A stretch of DNA of 64,000 bases. Source: Octopus vulgaris (Eukaryota). The translations under genes and the position numbers were made by a program. Positions 52,833 through 64,000 of the stretch are shown here, piece by piece. Location: the NCBI GenBank assembly GCA_951406725.2, contig OX597826.1, positions 28,334,001 through 28,398,000 of the forward strand, in the 5' to 3' direction. Within the stretch, counting starts at the first letter, position 1; the number at the start of each line of letters is the position of its first letter. The notes under the pieces were generated by a model. It made no database searches and was not told the DNA's origin. It saw only the letters and a list, made by a program, of their open reading frames with translations.

Positions 52833-53157
52833 ATTCCATTTATGTAGCCTCTGAGGCAAATACGATTTCAATAGCCAACGAATTGGGCCGACTATGAAAA
52901 GCTTCACGTGTAGGCTGGACATTGTCCAGTCTTTAGGTAGGAGAAAAGAAACGTAGGTGTGGTGGAAGTTGTGACCTTCAACTGACCATCCCTATATAGA
53001 GGTCATTGTTGTTTACGTTGTCTGGCATGTGGGTCATCATATTTGGTCAATGGACACATTGTGTGTGCGTGCATTTCTGTGTGTGTTAATTTTTATAAAT
53101 GTACATACGTATTTTTACATGTGAGTATATACACACACACATACACACATATACACA

Positions 53158-53233
<76 letters not shown>

Positions 53234-53251
53234 CGTGCGCATGTATATATT

Positions 53252-53290
<39 letters not shown>

Positions 53291-53305
53291 GTGCGCATAT
53301 ATATA

Positions 53306-53341
<36 letters not shown>

Positions 53342-53622
53342 GAATTACTATGTATATAAGTTTGTATATATACAAATATACATACATAAACACACACACA
53401 CACACACATCTGTGGGAGGACGTCTGAAGTCTGTAAATTTGTGCTCCTCGTGTGAGAAAGGTTGTGGCCGGTTAAACTAGCCATGATTCTTACGGTTCAC
53501 TCTTCTGGCCCCGAGGAACTTCTTTGGTGCCGAATATGTTGCACTGTTGCCCACAATTTCAAACACCTAAGGGACCAAGAACAGTTTTAAGAGTTACTTG
53601 TGGTGGTGGCTACAGCGGCAAC

Positions 53623-53656
<34 letters not shown>

Positions 53657-53871
53657 ATCTACGAAGTGGCGCTACTGGCGGTAGTGGTGGTGGGGGGATG
53701 GCGGGTATGGTGAGCAAAGGAATGATGGTGGTTTCGGTGGTGGTGGTGGTGTTGTGAAGAAATCCCCGCAGACTTGTACGGATTTTTGGCCCTCACTATG
53801 ACTACAAATTAAAGATGTAATCCATCATTATATTTATAGATGCGATAGTTACACACACACACATGTATCTA

Positions 53872-53902
<31 letters not shown>

Positions 53903-53931
53903 ATCTATATCTATATATATATGTATGTATG

Positions 53932-53979
<48 letters not shown>

Positions 53980-54490
53980 ATGGCACACGCACACACACAC
54001 GCACGCACACTTATATATATATATAGATATATATATATATCCATCTCTTTATAAACGACTGCATGTGTATTTGAATATGTGTGTATGTAGGAATGTATAA
54101 ATTGTACATACAATGTAAATATTCGTAAATTGTAGAAAAAATTGATTATTAGCAATTGATTGTTGTGTGTGTTTGTGTGTGTTTATACTCATATATACAC
54201 ACTCACAAGAACACCCACATATTCTGTACATAGGCAGGTGTGTGTGTGTGTGTGTGTATTATCATAAAATATATGCAATCACATACAATTCTGTGCTTCC
54301 ATACTACACAAGCTAGAACCAACTTACTAAGCTCGCGGCCAACCAACTTCGAATTTACGTTGCGAATTCCATTCCCAATTACGATTATTCCACTTCACTT
54401 GCGTTGCTAATATCCTGACTACTTTACAGTTCAGTGAATTCTTATTACCGTAGATGGATGGATAGATGGCTAAATGATGGTAAGTTGGCT

Positions 54491-54576
<86 letters not shown>

Positions 54577-54890
54577 GCAGACAGATAGATAGATAGATGT
54601 TTGGATGGTTGAATAGAGTCAAAGATACTAATATTTTCGCTCCATCTTATTCGTTCTTCGTCCAACGCTTTCATTTTCTTTCCCGCCTAATTCAATTGCC
54701 TCCAAGGAACAATAGCGCCCAGTTTGAATACAGCAGAATTATGCAGAACCATGATGTAAATATCGTCTGTCTATCTATTTTTCTAAGAGTGTAAAAGAGA
54801 ATACTATACTGAAGATAGGAAAACTTGCGAAAGACAATTTGATATCAATGATTGCGCTGGACTAAGTAATATCTTGTACTGCATCCAGTA

Positions 54891-55190
54891 CAACCAAGTG
54901 AGGAGTGGCTCGGATTGAACTCTGAAAGGAAAGACACCAGAAGAAATACCACAAGGCATCACGATCTACGGTTTAGCGGTACCGTTGGACCACCTCATTA
55001 GCCTGATTATTTATTTATCGAAGTGAGGAGATTGAAAGGTAAAGTTGATCTTAGCGAGATTTGAACTTAGGACGCAGTGTCGGAACAAATATGGCAGAGG
55101 GTTCTATTTAACCCTCTTAGAACTGTTCCAATTCGCCCCCATGTATATACATACGTGTGTGTTTATGCGTGTATATATATATATATATAT
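54891..55190 (+). repeat. Direct repeat copy 1 (~290 bp; two old family C-like SINE fragments)
   Basis: Appears identical to 58238-58540 (offset 3347). Confidence 0.9.
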
Positions 55191-56366
55191 TTGCTGGACG
55201 GTTTGAGTCAGCAAATGGAGGTCTATGTGAAGACATTCTTCACAGCTATGGCTATTAGTATTTCCAATTGCAGCTCCTTCTTTCATTGAATGTCCTTTTA
55301 AAAATTACCCCTGTCTGTGCTTTGAAAGAATAAAAAGAAAATATAGCTAAATACTTCAATTAATTTTTTGAAGTGGAACCTGTGGAAATTCTACAAAGCG
55401 AAAAAAAAAAGAAAACAGGAAAGAATGCTAAGTATTTCACTTTCTGTCACAATAATATATGAGGCGTTTAGTAAGTGACCGTCGTAAGCACCATTACTTA
55501 AAAACCGAGAAAAACGCAAAGTTTCGCGACTATCAGAATGCAATATCTCAGCAAAGAATGAAGTTAAGATGCTGGTTTTGGTCTTAAAAGGACCGTGAAG
55601 ACCTCTTCTAATTATTCCACATATGTTAAATTATTTATTTATTTATGTATGCATCTGAAAGATGAAACAATAACTGCGTCTTTCTCATTTTGTAGAATAT
55701 ACCGGTACTGCGAAACGGTGTATCGCATTGCATATTTTAGCCATAATACCTAGACAAAACATACAGAGACCCCAACAAAGGTATTGTTTGTGTTTTAATA
55801 TGCCAAAGTAAGTATCTGCCTCATGTAGTTCTTGTTTAACAAAGAAAGCCTCCTTGATTCTGAGATTACCAATGTTGCGTCACTACCCTCTCTCACATAA
55901 CTGAGCAAAGCTAACAACACTGTACCCTCTCCCATTCTCTACGTGTCCTGATGAAAAGGTTCTCACCTCGAATTATTGAAGAAATTCAAAGTAAAATCTT
56001 TAATCTGTTCCGTTTACGCGCGCGCACACACACAAACACACACGTTCTTAACTATACTATATAATTCCCATTCAAAGCTAGTTAGGTGTTGGTCAGTCGG
56101 TGGGTTCCTCCTAAATTTGAATACTTTTCTTAGTAGGTCGCCATGTTAAGGTTTGTTGTTTGGTTTAACTTTTCTGTCAAAAAAGGGAGCTTTCCACCGC
56201 ATTCTTTGTATGAATTGGTTGGTTTTCTCCAAAAGTTCACGTATATATCCTTTAGCGAAACATCCAGTATCGTTTTATTAATAGATTCAAGCAAACCAAA
56301 TGGTGACGCGGCTATCCGCTCACAAAGCTATTCAAATTCTTATGTAATTTAATTGGCTGGTGTGTG

Positions 56367-56406
<40 letters not shown>

Positions 56407-56545
56407 AAGTTGGTGATGTAATTCTGATTGGATTATGAAACTGCTGTAACCTCTACAGAAATATTTAGACGCTTTTTGCCTTTTACCAATTCTTGTTTAT
56501 TACACAGAGAGAGAGAGAGACACACACACACACACACGCACACAC

Positions 56546-56581
<36 letters not shown>

Positions 56582-56587
56582 CATACA

Positions 56588-56655
56588 TAAACTATTAAAA
56601 TAAGGAGAGGTGAGAAGCAATTCTGTGAAGGTTACAGCTCTTTCATAATCCACTG

Positions 56656-56745
<90 letters not shown>

Positions 56746-56844
56746 GCTGGTAATGTAATTTTCAGTAGATTATGAAACAGCTGTAACCTTTACAGAAATA
56801 TTAAAACACTTTTTGCTTCTCACCTCTCCTTATTTTAATAGCTT

Positions 56845-56845
<1 letters not shown>
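56588..56845. repeat. Inverted pair of hammerhead-3'-half tails around (TA)n; third partial copy at 56403-56490
   Basis: ctattaaaataaggagaggtgagaagc / gcttctcacctctccttattttaatag; right arm carries GAAAC-agct-GTA. Confidence 0.7.
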
Positions 56846-56907
<62 letters not shown>

Positions 56908-58237
56908 CACTGTTTGAGAACAATTTTGTGGTTATAACGGCTAGAAGTAAAATGGAGGTTAATCAACTGAACGATCGTTATTTCAAACTAAAAGGGTCTC
57001 ATCAACTTCTACGTTATCACAGTCAAACTGTTTATGTATCAGTCAACATCCCGAATGCACCATCTTGTTATGTAAATTTGATAATTAGTTTGCGATGATA
57101 GTTTTCGAGTTGAAAATATTTTTGTTTTTGCAATTAGAATTAATTAATTTGCTTGTTCTGTAATGTGTTATGCAATTTTCCTAATCTCAAAATATTGATT
57201 AGAAAAACACCGAAAACGTCAACAAGATACACGCAATTTGAAAATATCGACTCGAAACATCATATTTTAAAATGGCGTCGGCTGAGAGACAAGTGGGTTA
57301 GTCAGACCATCACAAAATCGTTGGTTCCATTTTGGAACCGAGCGGCGCGATGTTTCCTTAAGCAAGACACATTGTTTCAAGCTTTTTCACTTCACTCAGC
57401 CGAGGACGAATATCAAAGAGACAGTCCGCAGCGGACTGGCATTCTGTTCGTGGGGCTTAGGTGTTTCTTGTGCTCTCAGCCGCTTCAAAACTCTACGGTA
57501 ATTGGATTAAATCCTGCCCCAGTGGTCATGCAAACTCGGCAGAGTAATTTCTTTCTTTGCATGATTCTGTAGTTAGGAAGTTCGATTCCCAACTGAGGTT
57601 TAGGGTACAATCCCTCTGCTTAGCATTCTGAGCAAGTATCTTCTGCTATATCCGCGTTGCTCCGGTCTACTTAGCTGAAAAAGGAGAATAAATCGAGTGC
57701 CCCAACATTCCTCTTTCACTCCATCGCTCACATCTTGGTTGTATCACTTGATCAAGCAGCGGAAGGGTCAAGAGGGTATCTATATTTTCTCGCAACTACA
57801 GAGGGGGTATCCCAAGCAACTAACGGTGGCATGGTACATGCTATGAAATCAAACTCGCTTGCGAGTGACGGCTAAATTATGTCTTTTCAACACTAGAGAT
57901 ATATATTATTGAATCTCATGTCACCACAGACCAAACTATCTTATGATCCAAAGGGTTTCCAACCGTGATCATATAGTTTTTCTTTCTTTTTTCTTCTTTT
58001 CCCATTTAGCGCACTTAAAACTATATTATCAAAATATTTTTAGAGTTTAACTAGAATTGAAGGGCGGTACTTTTCAACCTCGTCAGGGTCTCAGAGACTT
58101 GTGGAACAGAAACAGGAATGTTTCCGTTCCACTCAAACCGAAAACCTGGCCTGAATACTTGAAACATAATCGTCTCCACTAAAGGCACCCAAGATGCCAG
58201 GTGATAGTGTTTTAGCCGAATGACAGAATAAATCTAC

Positions 58238-58540
58238 CAACCAAGTGAGGAGTGGCTCGGATTGAACTCTGAAAGGAAAGACACCAGAAGAAATACCACA
58301 AGGCATCACGATCTACGGTTTAGCGGTACCGTTGGACCACCTCATTAGCCTGATTATTTATTTATCGAAGTGAGGAGATTGAAAGGTAAAGTTGATCTTA
58401 GCGAGATTTGAACTTAGGACGCAGTGTCGGAACAAATATGGCAGAGGGTTCTATTTAACCCTCTTAGAACTGTTCCAATTCGCCCCCATGTATATACATA
58501 CGTGTGTGTTTATGCGTGTATATATATATATATATATATA
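58238..58540 (+). repeat. Direct repeat copy 2
   Basis: Appears identical to 54891-55190. Confidence 0.9.
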
Positions 58541-58746
58541 TATAATCAAGGTAATAAAGATTTTAGAAATTTTTACTACCTGTGGCGTAGCGTGCTACAC
58601 TGTGTGTGTGTGTATGTGTGTATATATACATACATATTTGTGTGAGTATATGTGTATGCATACGTGTGTATGTATATATGTGTGTGTGTGTATCTGTCTG
58701 TCTGTATGTATGTATGCGTGTGTGCATGTATGTGTGTATGTATATA

Positions 58747-58820
<74 letters not shown>

Positions 58821-58834
58821 TAAATTTGATGGTA

Positions 58835-59130
58835 GTCATTTGTAGTCCGATAAAGGAGGAAGACGGTTCTGCAACAACTGGCCTAACGATCTGCGCAAAT
58901 GATTCGTTTATAGTGATCAAATGTTCGTACCGCTCATTAGGCCACTCCCTCCATTAAATTGACGCCGACCAAACAGGTGCACGGTGTGCCGCGCATCAGG
59001 TTTCGAAATGATCGCGGAGCAACGCGAGACGAAGCGTTTTGCTTAAGAACAAAACGCACCACCCTGTCTAGGAATCGATACCATGATCTCGCGATAGTGA
59101 ATGTCACAGCCTAACCACAAACGCATGCAT
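58835..59130 (-). mobile_element. tRNA-headed SINE related to family D with a different tail
   Basis: Minus head gtggttaggctg...ggtatcgattcctagac, core ttaagcaaaacgctt. Confidence 0.65.
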
Positions 59131-59627
59131 TCCCCACCTACCACACCCAACCCTCACACACGTAATTACAGACGAGTTGATAGACAGATAGACTAGGTAG
59201 ATAAGTAGACGTTGATTAGTTGGGGACGTTCTGGGTTCGTACTAAGTCAACTGCAAATTAAGATTTTATTTGAAATTTTTTGTTCAAATATGAAATATGC
59301 CCTCTAGTTTAATTACAGCAGCAGTAATAAGGAAATAGATTTCATACAACATATGTAGTATAGTTAGGTTAATTAACTCGCTAATTAATAATTAAATAGA
59401 CATGCCTATCGATTTGTGAAAGAGTTTTAATTAGAGGTGGATAGATTCGCCTGTAAGTAATCTGATCGTTATGATGATGATGATGTTGATGATAGTGATG
59501 ATGATGATGATGATGCCGGTGGCACTGATGGAAAAGATGATACTGATGATGATGCCGGTGGTGACGATGACAACAATGATGATGATGATGTTCATGATGA
59601 CGAAGGGCACTGCGATGAAAGGAGATT

Positions 59628-60212
59628 CTTTTATTTCTTTCAATCATTTTGGTTGCAGCCATACTGGAGCACTGCCTTTTAGTCGAACAAATCGGCCCCA
59701 GGACTTACTCTTTGTAAGCCTGGTACTTATTTTATCGGTCATTTTGGCTGGTACCGCTAAGTTACGGGGATGTAACATCGGTTGTCGAGTGATGATGTGG
59801 GGACAAACATAGACACATACACACACACACAAAGATATACATATATACATACATAACAATAAACGCCGCCCTTCTCAAGCCTAACCAGGCTCATGGGGCC
59901 GGTTTCCCGGTTTCTGAGGCGTATGTGTTCCCCCCAGCTAGACAGGACGCCAGTCCATCGCAGCGTTACTCAAGAAACAGAAAGAGAGAGTGAAAGTTGT
60001 GGCGAGAGAGTACAACAGGGGTCATCACCACCCTCTGCCGGAGCATCGTGGAGCTTTTAGGTGTTTTCGCTCAATAAACACACACAACGCCCGGTCTGGG
60101 AATCGAAACCACGATCCTCCGACCGCGAGTCCACTGCCCTGACCACTCGGCCCTCACACATACATACATACATACATACATACATACATACATACATACA
60201 TACATACATACA

Positions 60213-60245
<33 letters not shown>

Positions 60246-60402
60246 GACGGGTTTCTTACAGTTTCCGTCTACCAAATCTACTCACAAGGCTTTGGTCGGC
60301 CTGGAGCAATAGTAGAAGACACTTGGCCAAGGTGCCATGCAGTGGGAATGAACCCAGAACCATGTGGTTGGGAAGCAAGTTTCTTACTACACAGCCACGC
60401 CT
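59628..60402 (-). mobile_element. Family A SINE (tail 59628-59850, head 60243-60402) with a nested family B/V-tail SINE (59862-60153)
   Basis: Both on the minus strand; the nested copy sits inside the internal microsatellite of A. Confidence 0.8.
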
Positions 60403-60434
60403 GCTCCTAAAAGACAATAATAATAATAATGGAT

Positions 60435-60641
60435 TCAAATTTTGCCACAAGGGTACCAATTTGGGAGGAGTGGATGACTTGATTACATCGACCCAGTGTT
60501 CAATTAGTATTTATTTTATCGACTCCGAAAGAATGAAAAGTAAAGTCGAGCTCGGCGGAGTTTGAACTCAACGTAGCGACGGGTGAAGTACTGCTAAACA
60601 TTTCGCCCAACCTGCTAACGATTGTACCAGCTCACCACCTT
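60435..60641 (-). mobile_element. SINE family C, diverged
   Basis: gaatgaaaagtaaagtcgagctcggcggagtttgaactc block. Confidence 0.7.
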
Positions 60642-60680
60642 AATAATAATAATAATAATAATAACAATAATAATAATAAC

Positions 60681-60726
<46 letters not shown>

Positions 60727-60735
60727 GCAGCAGCA

Positions 60736-61093
60736 GCACTCAGAGAGCGCAAGCCTCCGCCAAGACAACACCAATGTCCTCACAACGATTGGCCAGAGAT
60801 GATTTTTAAAATGAGAATATCTGAAATAAACTCGACTGTTCTCACAAACGAGAATAGTAGAAATGAACTCGACCGCTCTTAAAAATTAAATAATAATAAA
60901 AAACAGAAAAATAATCCAGAATCCTTCTCCGGTACTGGATCAATCCCAAAATCTAATCAGTTCATGCCAGTCACGAGGCCAAACATCCCTGAAAGTTTCA
61001 TCCGAATCCATTTGGGGTTCTTGAGATATCTTGTCCAAAGACAAATAAACACAGCTGAAACAATGCCTCCACCTTCACTGAGACAGAAGTAAT
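60736..61093 (-). mobile_element. Helentron-associated (DINE-1/HINE-like) non-autonomous element
   Basis: Subterminal repeats cctccgcc (60754) and cctccacc...acagaagtaat (61066-61093); 3' hairpin gcactc-aga-gagcgc (60736-60750). Confidence 0.7.
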
Positions 61094-61571
61094 AATGGTT
61101 CAAATTTTGGGCCAATTTTGGGGATGGGGTGAGTCGATTACATGGACCCCCAATACTCGACTGGTATTATCTGGAACCTTTTCTCAAACGATCAAAAGAA
61201 AAAAGAAAAACAAGAAAAGATTATAGTAAAGGCTGTAGTAGGAGGTGGTGGCGGAGTGGCCGTGACAAAAAAAGCATCAGTAGTAATGGTGAAAGTAGTT
61301 GTAGTAGTAGTAGTAAATGTATACGCACATTCGAGGTACCATTTTCTATACAAGGTTTGGAATTTCATGACTATCCATAATATTCCCTACCCAAACAAAC
61401 ACACACACACACATATATATATATATATGTGTGACGGGCTTCTTTCAGTTTCCATCTACCAAATCCACTCCCAAGGCTCTGTTCGGCCCGAGGCTATAGT
61501 AGAAGACACTTGCCCGAGGTGCTACGCAGTGGGAATGAAGCTAGTTGGGAAGCAAGCTACTTACCACACAG

Positions 61572-61654
<83 letters not shown>

Positions 61655-61655
<1 letters not shown>

Positions 61656-61944
61656 GTACAGGACATCAATAAAACGTTGAACACAATGAGAAACAAAAAC
61701 AAAAGCATAGAAAACAAACTTTTTTCGAACAACGAAAAGAATCAACCGAGAAACGAGACATGCAACATAAAAAATATTGTCCTTGCCTTCGATACACGGA
61801 AAAGATGAAACAGGGACAACTGATGAAGGGGGATGTTCTTTATGTTGCATCTCTCGTTTCTCTGTTGTTGTTTTTTCGTTTCTACGTTTTTGTTTTTATG
61901 TTTTCGTTTCTCATTGTGTTCAACATTTTTTTATGTCCTGTACC
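61655..61944. repeat. Foldback element of the GTACAGGAC-terminus family in (TA)n
   Basis: ggtacaggacat...gttgaacacaatgagaaac mirrors gtttctcattgtgttcaac...atgtcctgtacc; gacaaCTGATGAagggg at 61820. Confidence 0.8.
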
Positions 61945-62045
61945 CATATATACATATATATGTAGGTATGTACACATATATGTATGTATATTTATATATT
62001 ATATGATTGAACGCCACGCATCCTTTTCCAAAATTTATATATATA

Positions 62046-62557
62046 CTAGCAGTATCGCCCGGCGTTGCTCGGGTTTGTAAGGGAAATAACTATATAAGCA
62101 TTTTTAGAGAGTTACTTCCCTTATAGATGCCAATTCGGGCTTTCTTAGCCATTTTTGTTTTGGTGTCTTCAAGCCATGAAGTCGTTGTTCTAAAAGAACG
62201 CTGGTCTCCTTCACAACGCATTACGACGTTGATTTCTTTACACTCACTTCCCCACAGCTTCACGAGGGAGGGAAGGGGGAGAAGCAAACAGGTGCAGCTG
62301 TGAGCGTGGACGCCAACTCCGCCGCCATCGACACACGATGCATTTTATGCATTAAAATGGAATAAAAAATGATGTTAAATTATTTTTAAAATCGTAGACT
62401 CATCGTTGACGCGCGCTAATAGTCAGACGGGCTCGATATGAATCACGACTATAAGATACCCGAATTTGGTTAAACTGCACCGCAAAATGTGGGAGGAGTT
62501 AGGAATCTAAATCGAAGGGGACAGACACTCACACAACTAGAGTTTTATATATATAGA
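62046..62557 (-). mobile_element. Complete non-autonomous Helitron (512 bp)
   Basis: Minus strand A|TCTATATATATAAAA ... CCCG-agcaacgc-CGGG cgatactg CTAG|T: canonical ends, AT insertion site, no target duplication. Confidence 0.9.
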
Positions 62558-64000
62558 TATATATATATAAACAAGATGGAAAACGAAGGCAAATATCGGT
62601 AAATTTTAAGAAAGATGAAATACAAGAACACACAACCGTATGAGTTAGTTTTGTTGCCAATTAACAACAAAAGCTGGCGTGTGATTATGACGCTAATTAG
62701 ATGTTAGCTGATGACGTCACACTAGTTTGAGATTAAATCGATAATTTGTGGTGGGGGGAGAGGTATTGCGTAAATTGTTTTAAAAAAATACCAAAAAAAA
62801 AAAGCGTTGAAAGTAAACAGTTTTGGCTCAAATTAAAATTTCTGAAAGAAATATTTTTTATTATGTTTTTGTTGCTGTTGTTGCATTCGTTGTTGTTACT
62901 GACGTTGATGAATAGCCACAAATCAACGTTGATCAAGCAAACCGGTGATCAAAGGCATTCCAGTCATGACCATCCTGTCTTTCAGGGATCTTTATATGTG
63001 TGTATATGTGTGTGTGTACATATGCATGTAATGCATCTTCTAATTGTTTGTCATTTGACTGCGGCCATGCTGGGATATTGTCTTGAAAGGGTCTAGTCGA
63101 AGAAATCGGCCCCTGTGCTTATTTTTAAGTATGGTACTTATTTTACCGTTACCCTTTTGCCGAACCGCTAAGTTAGGGCGACGTACTGAGATCAGCACTG
63201 GTTGTCATGCTATAGTGGGGATCACATACGAATATATGTAATATATTTACAGACGCGCGCGCGCACACACACACGTCTGTGTGTCTATATTTATGCATTC
63301 ACAAATTGATAGAATCGTTATAATGTTGAATAAACTACCGCACCGTTTTTTATTTCGACTCTCTATGCTCAAATGACGCTGAAATCAAGTTTGCCTTTCA
63401 TTCTTCCGGGGTCCGACAAAAGCCTATCAATCCAGTGAAGGAGATTGACAGAACTTTTGGGAACCAGCGTACCAAAGAACAGACCCGACGTTTTCTCTGC
63501 ATGTCGTACAAGATGACTAAAAGACGTTGTGGTAGGATTTGCTCTCCGACCTCGTAGAACCCTCAACAGCAAAAAGTTACCCACACAGATCCAAAGGCTG
63601 GAGGGTTGTCACCGGAGTGGTGCAGAGGTATCATCTGCCAAGAGGTATCACCGATAAATGTACAGTGCAGCCCCATGCCTGACCTGATCTGGGTGAGAGG
63701 GGGCAATGCCCCTGCGGTACCTCTTGTTTCTTTGAGTTCTGACAGCGCTATCTGCGATGACAGTGGGTCCAAGATGTATATCGGTCCAGGTCGGTGGTGG
63801 CCTTTTCCTTAGATAAATTCTGGTCCTATGGAGAGGGAAAAATTTATGAATGGCCAACTGCTAGAACAACCCTCAGAACACAACAAAAAGACAAAAAAAG
63901 AATAAGAAAGAAAGAAACGCTTGTATAGACTGGCTCACACACGTTAAGATGGTTGCTCAAACTTGACTGACGGAGGGTGTATTCACACACACACACACGC

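Noticed and set aside
55948-55975. CTGATGA-aaggt-tctc-acct-cGAAT
   Set aside because: GAAA is mutated and there is no cleavage triplet or stem I partner.
63440-63830. GC-richer segment resembling a LINE 5' UTR (also 46580-46820)
   Set aside because: Only a vague motif resemblance and no downstream ORF in the window; not enough to annotate.

Overview
Eukaryotic, AT-rich, non-genic (intergenic or intronic) DNA, saturated with (TA)n/(CA)n/(GATA)n/(GACA)n/triplet microsatellites and interspersed repeats. The SINE families and microsatellite load look like an octopus (coleoid cephalopod) genome; this is inferred from pattern recognition, not from a search. I find no host protein-coding gene, and nearly all ORFs in the track are translations of microsatellites or SINEs. 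Content: (1) about 40 copies or fragments of four tRNA-headed SINE families (my labels A-D) that appear to swap head and tail modules; (2) Helitron/Helentron elements, including two opposite-orientation copies of a composite short+long Helitron with a Pif1-helicase C-terminal remnant (1021-2472, 27053-28522) and a complete A|TC...CTAG|T element (62046-62557); (3) decayed Tc1/mariner elements (mariner, a D35E-spaced Tc1, two DD37D-like relics, Tigger-like MITEs, a foldback mariner MITE); (4) a 5'-truncated, 5'-inverted Penelope-like retroelement with a GIY-YIG endonuclease remnant. The most interesting layer is hidden from the ORF track: several unrelated short elements sitting in or beside (TA)n tracts carry type I hammerhead ribozyme folds. 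One has a fully intact core (723-801, minus strand); others have one core mutation or a decayed stem (9688, 14357, 31750, 33660). Several foldback palindromes are built from hammerhead-bearing tails. A ~1.9 kb tandem duplication with a garbled junction (31.6-35.4 kb) is probably an assembly artefact. Coordinates were counted by eye, and element boundaries are approximate.
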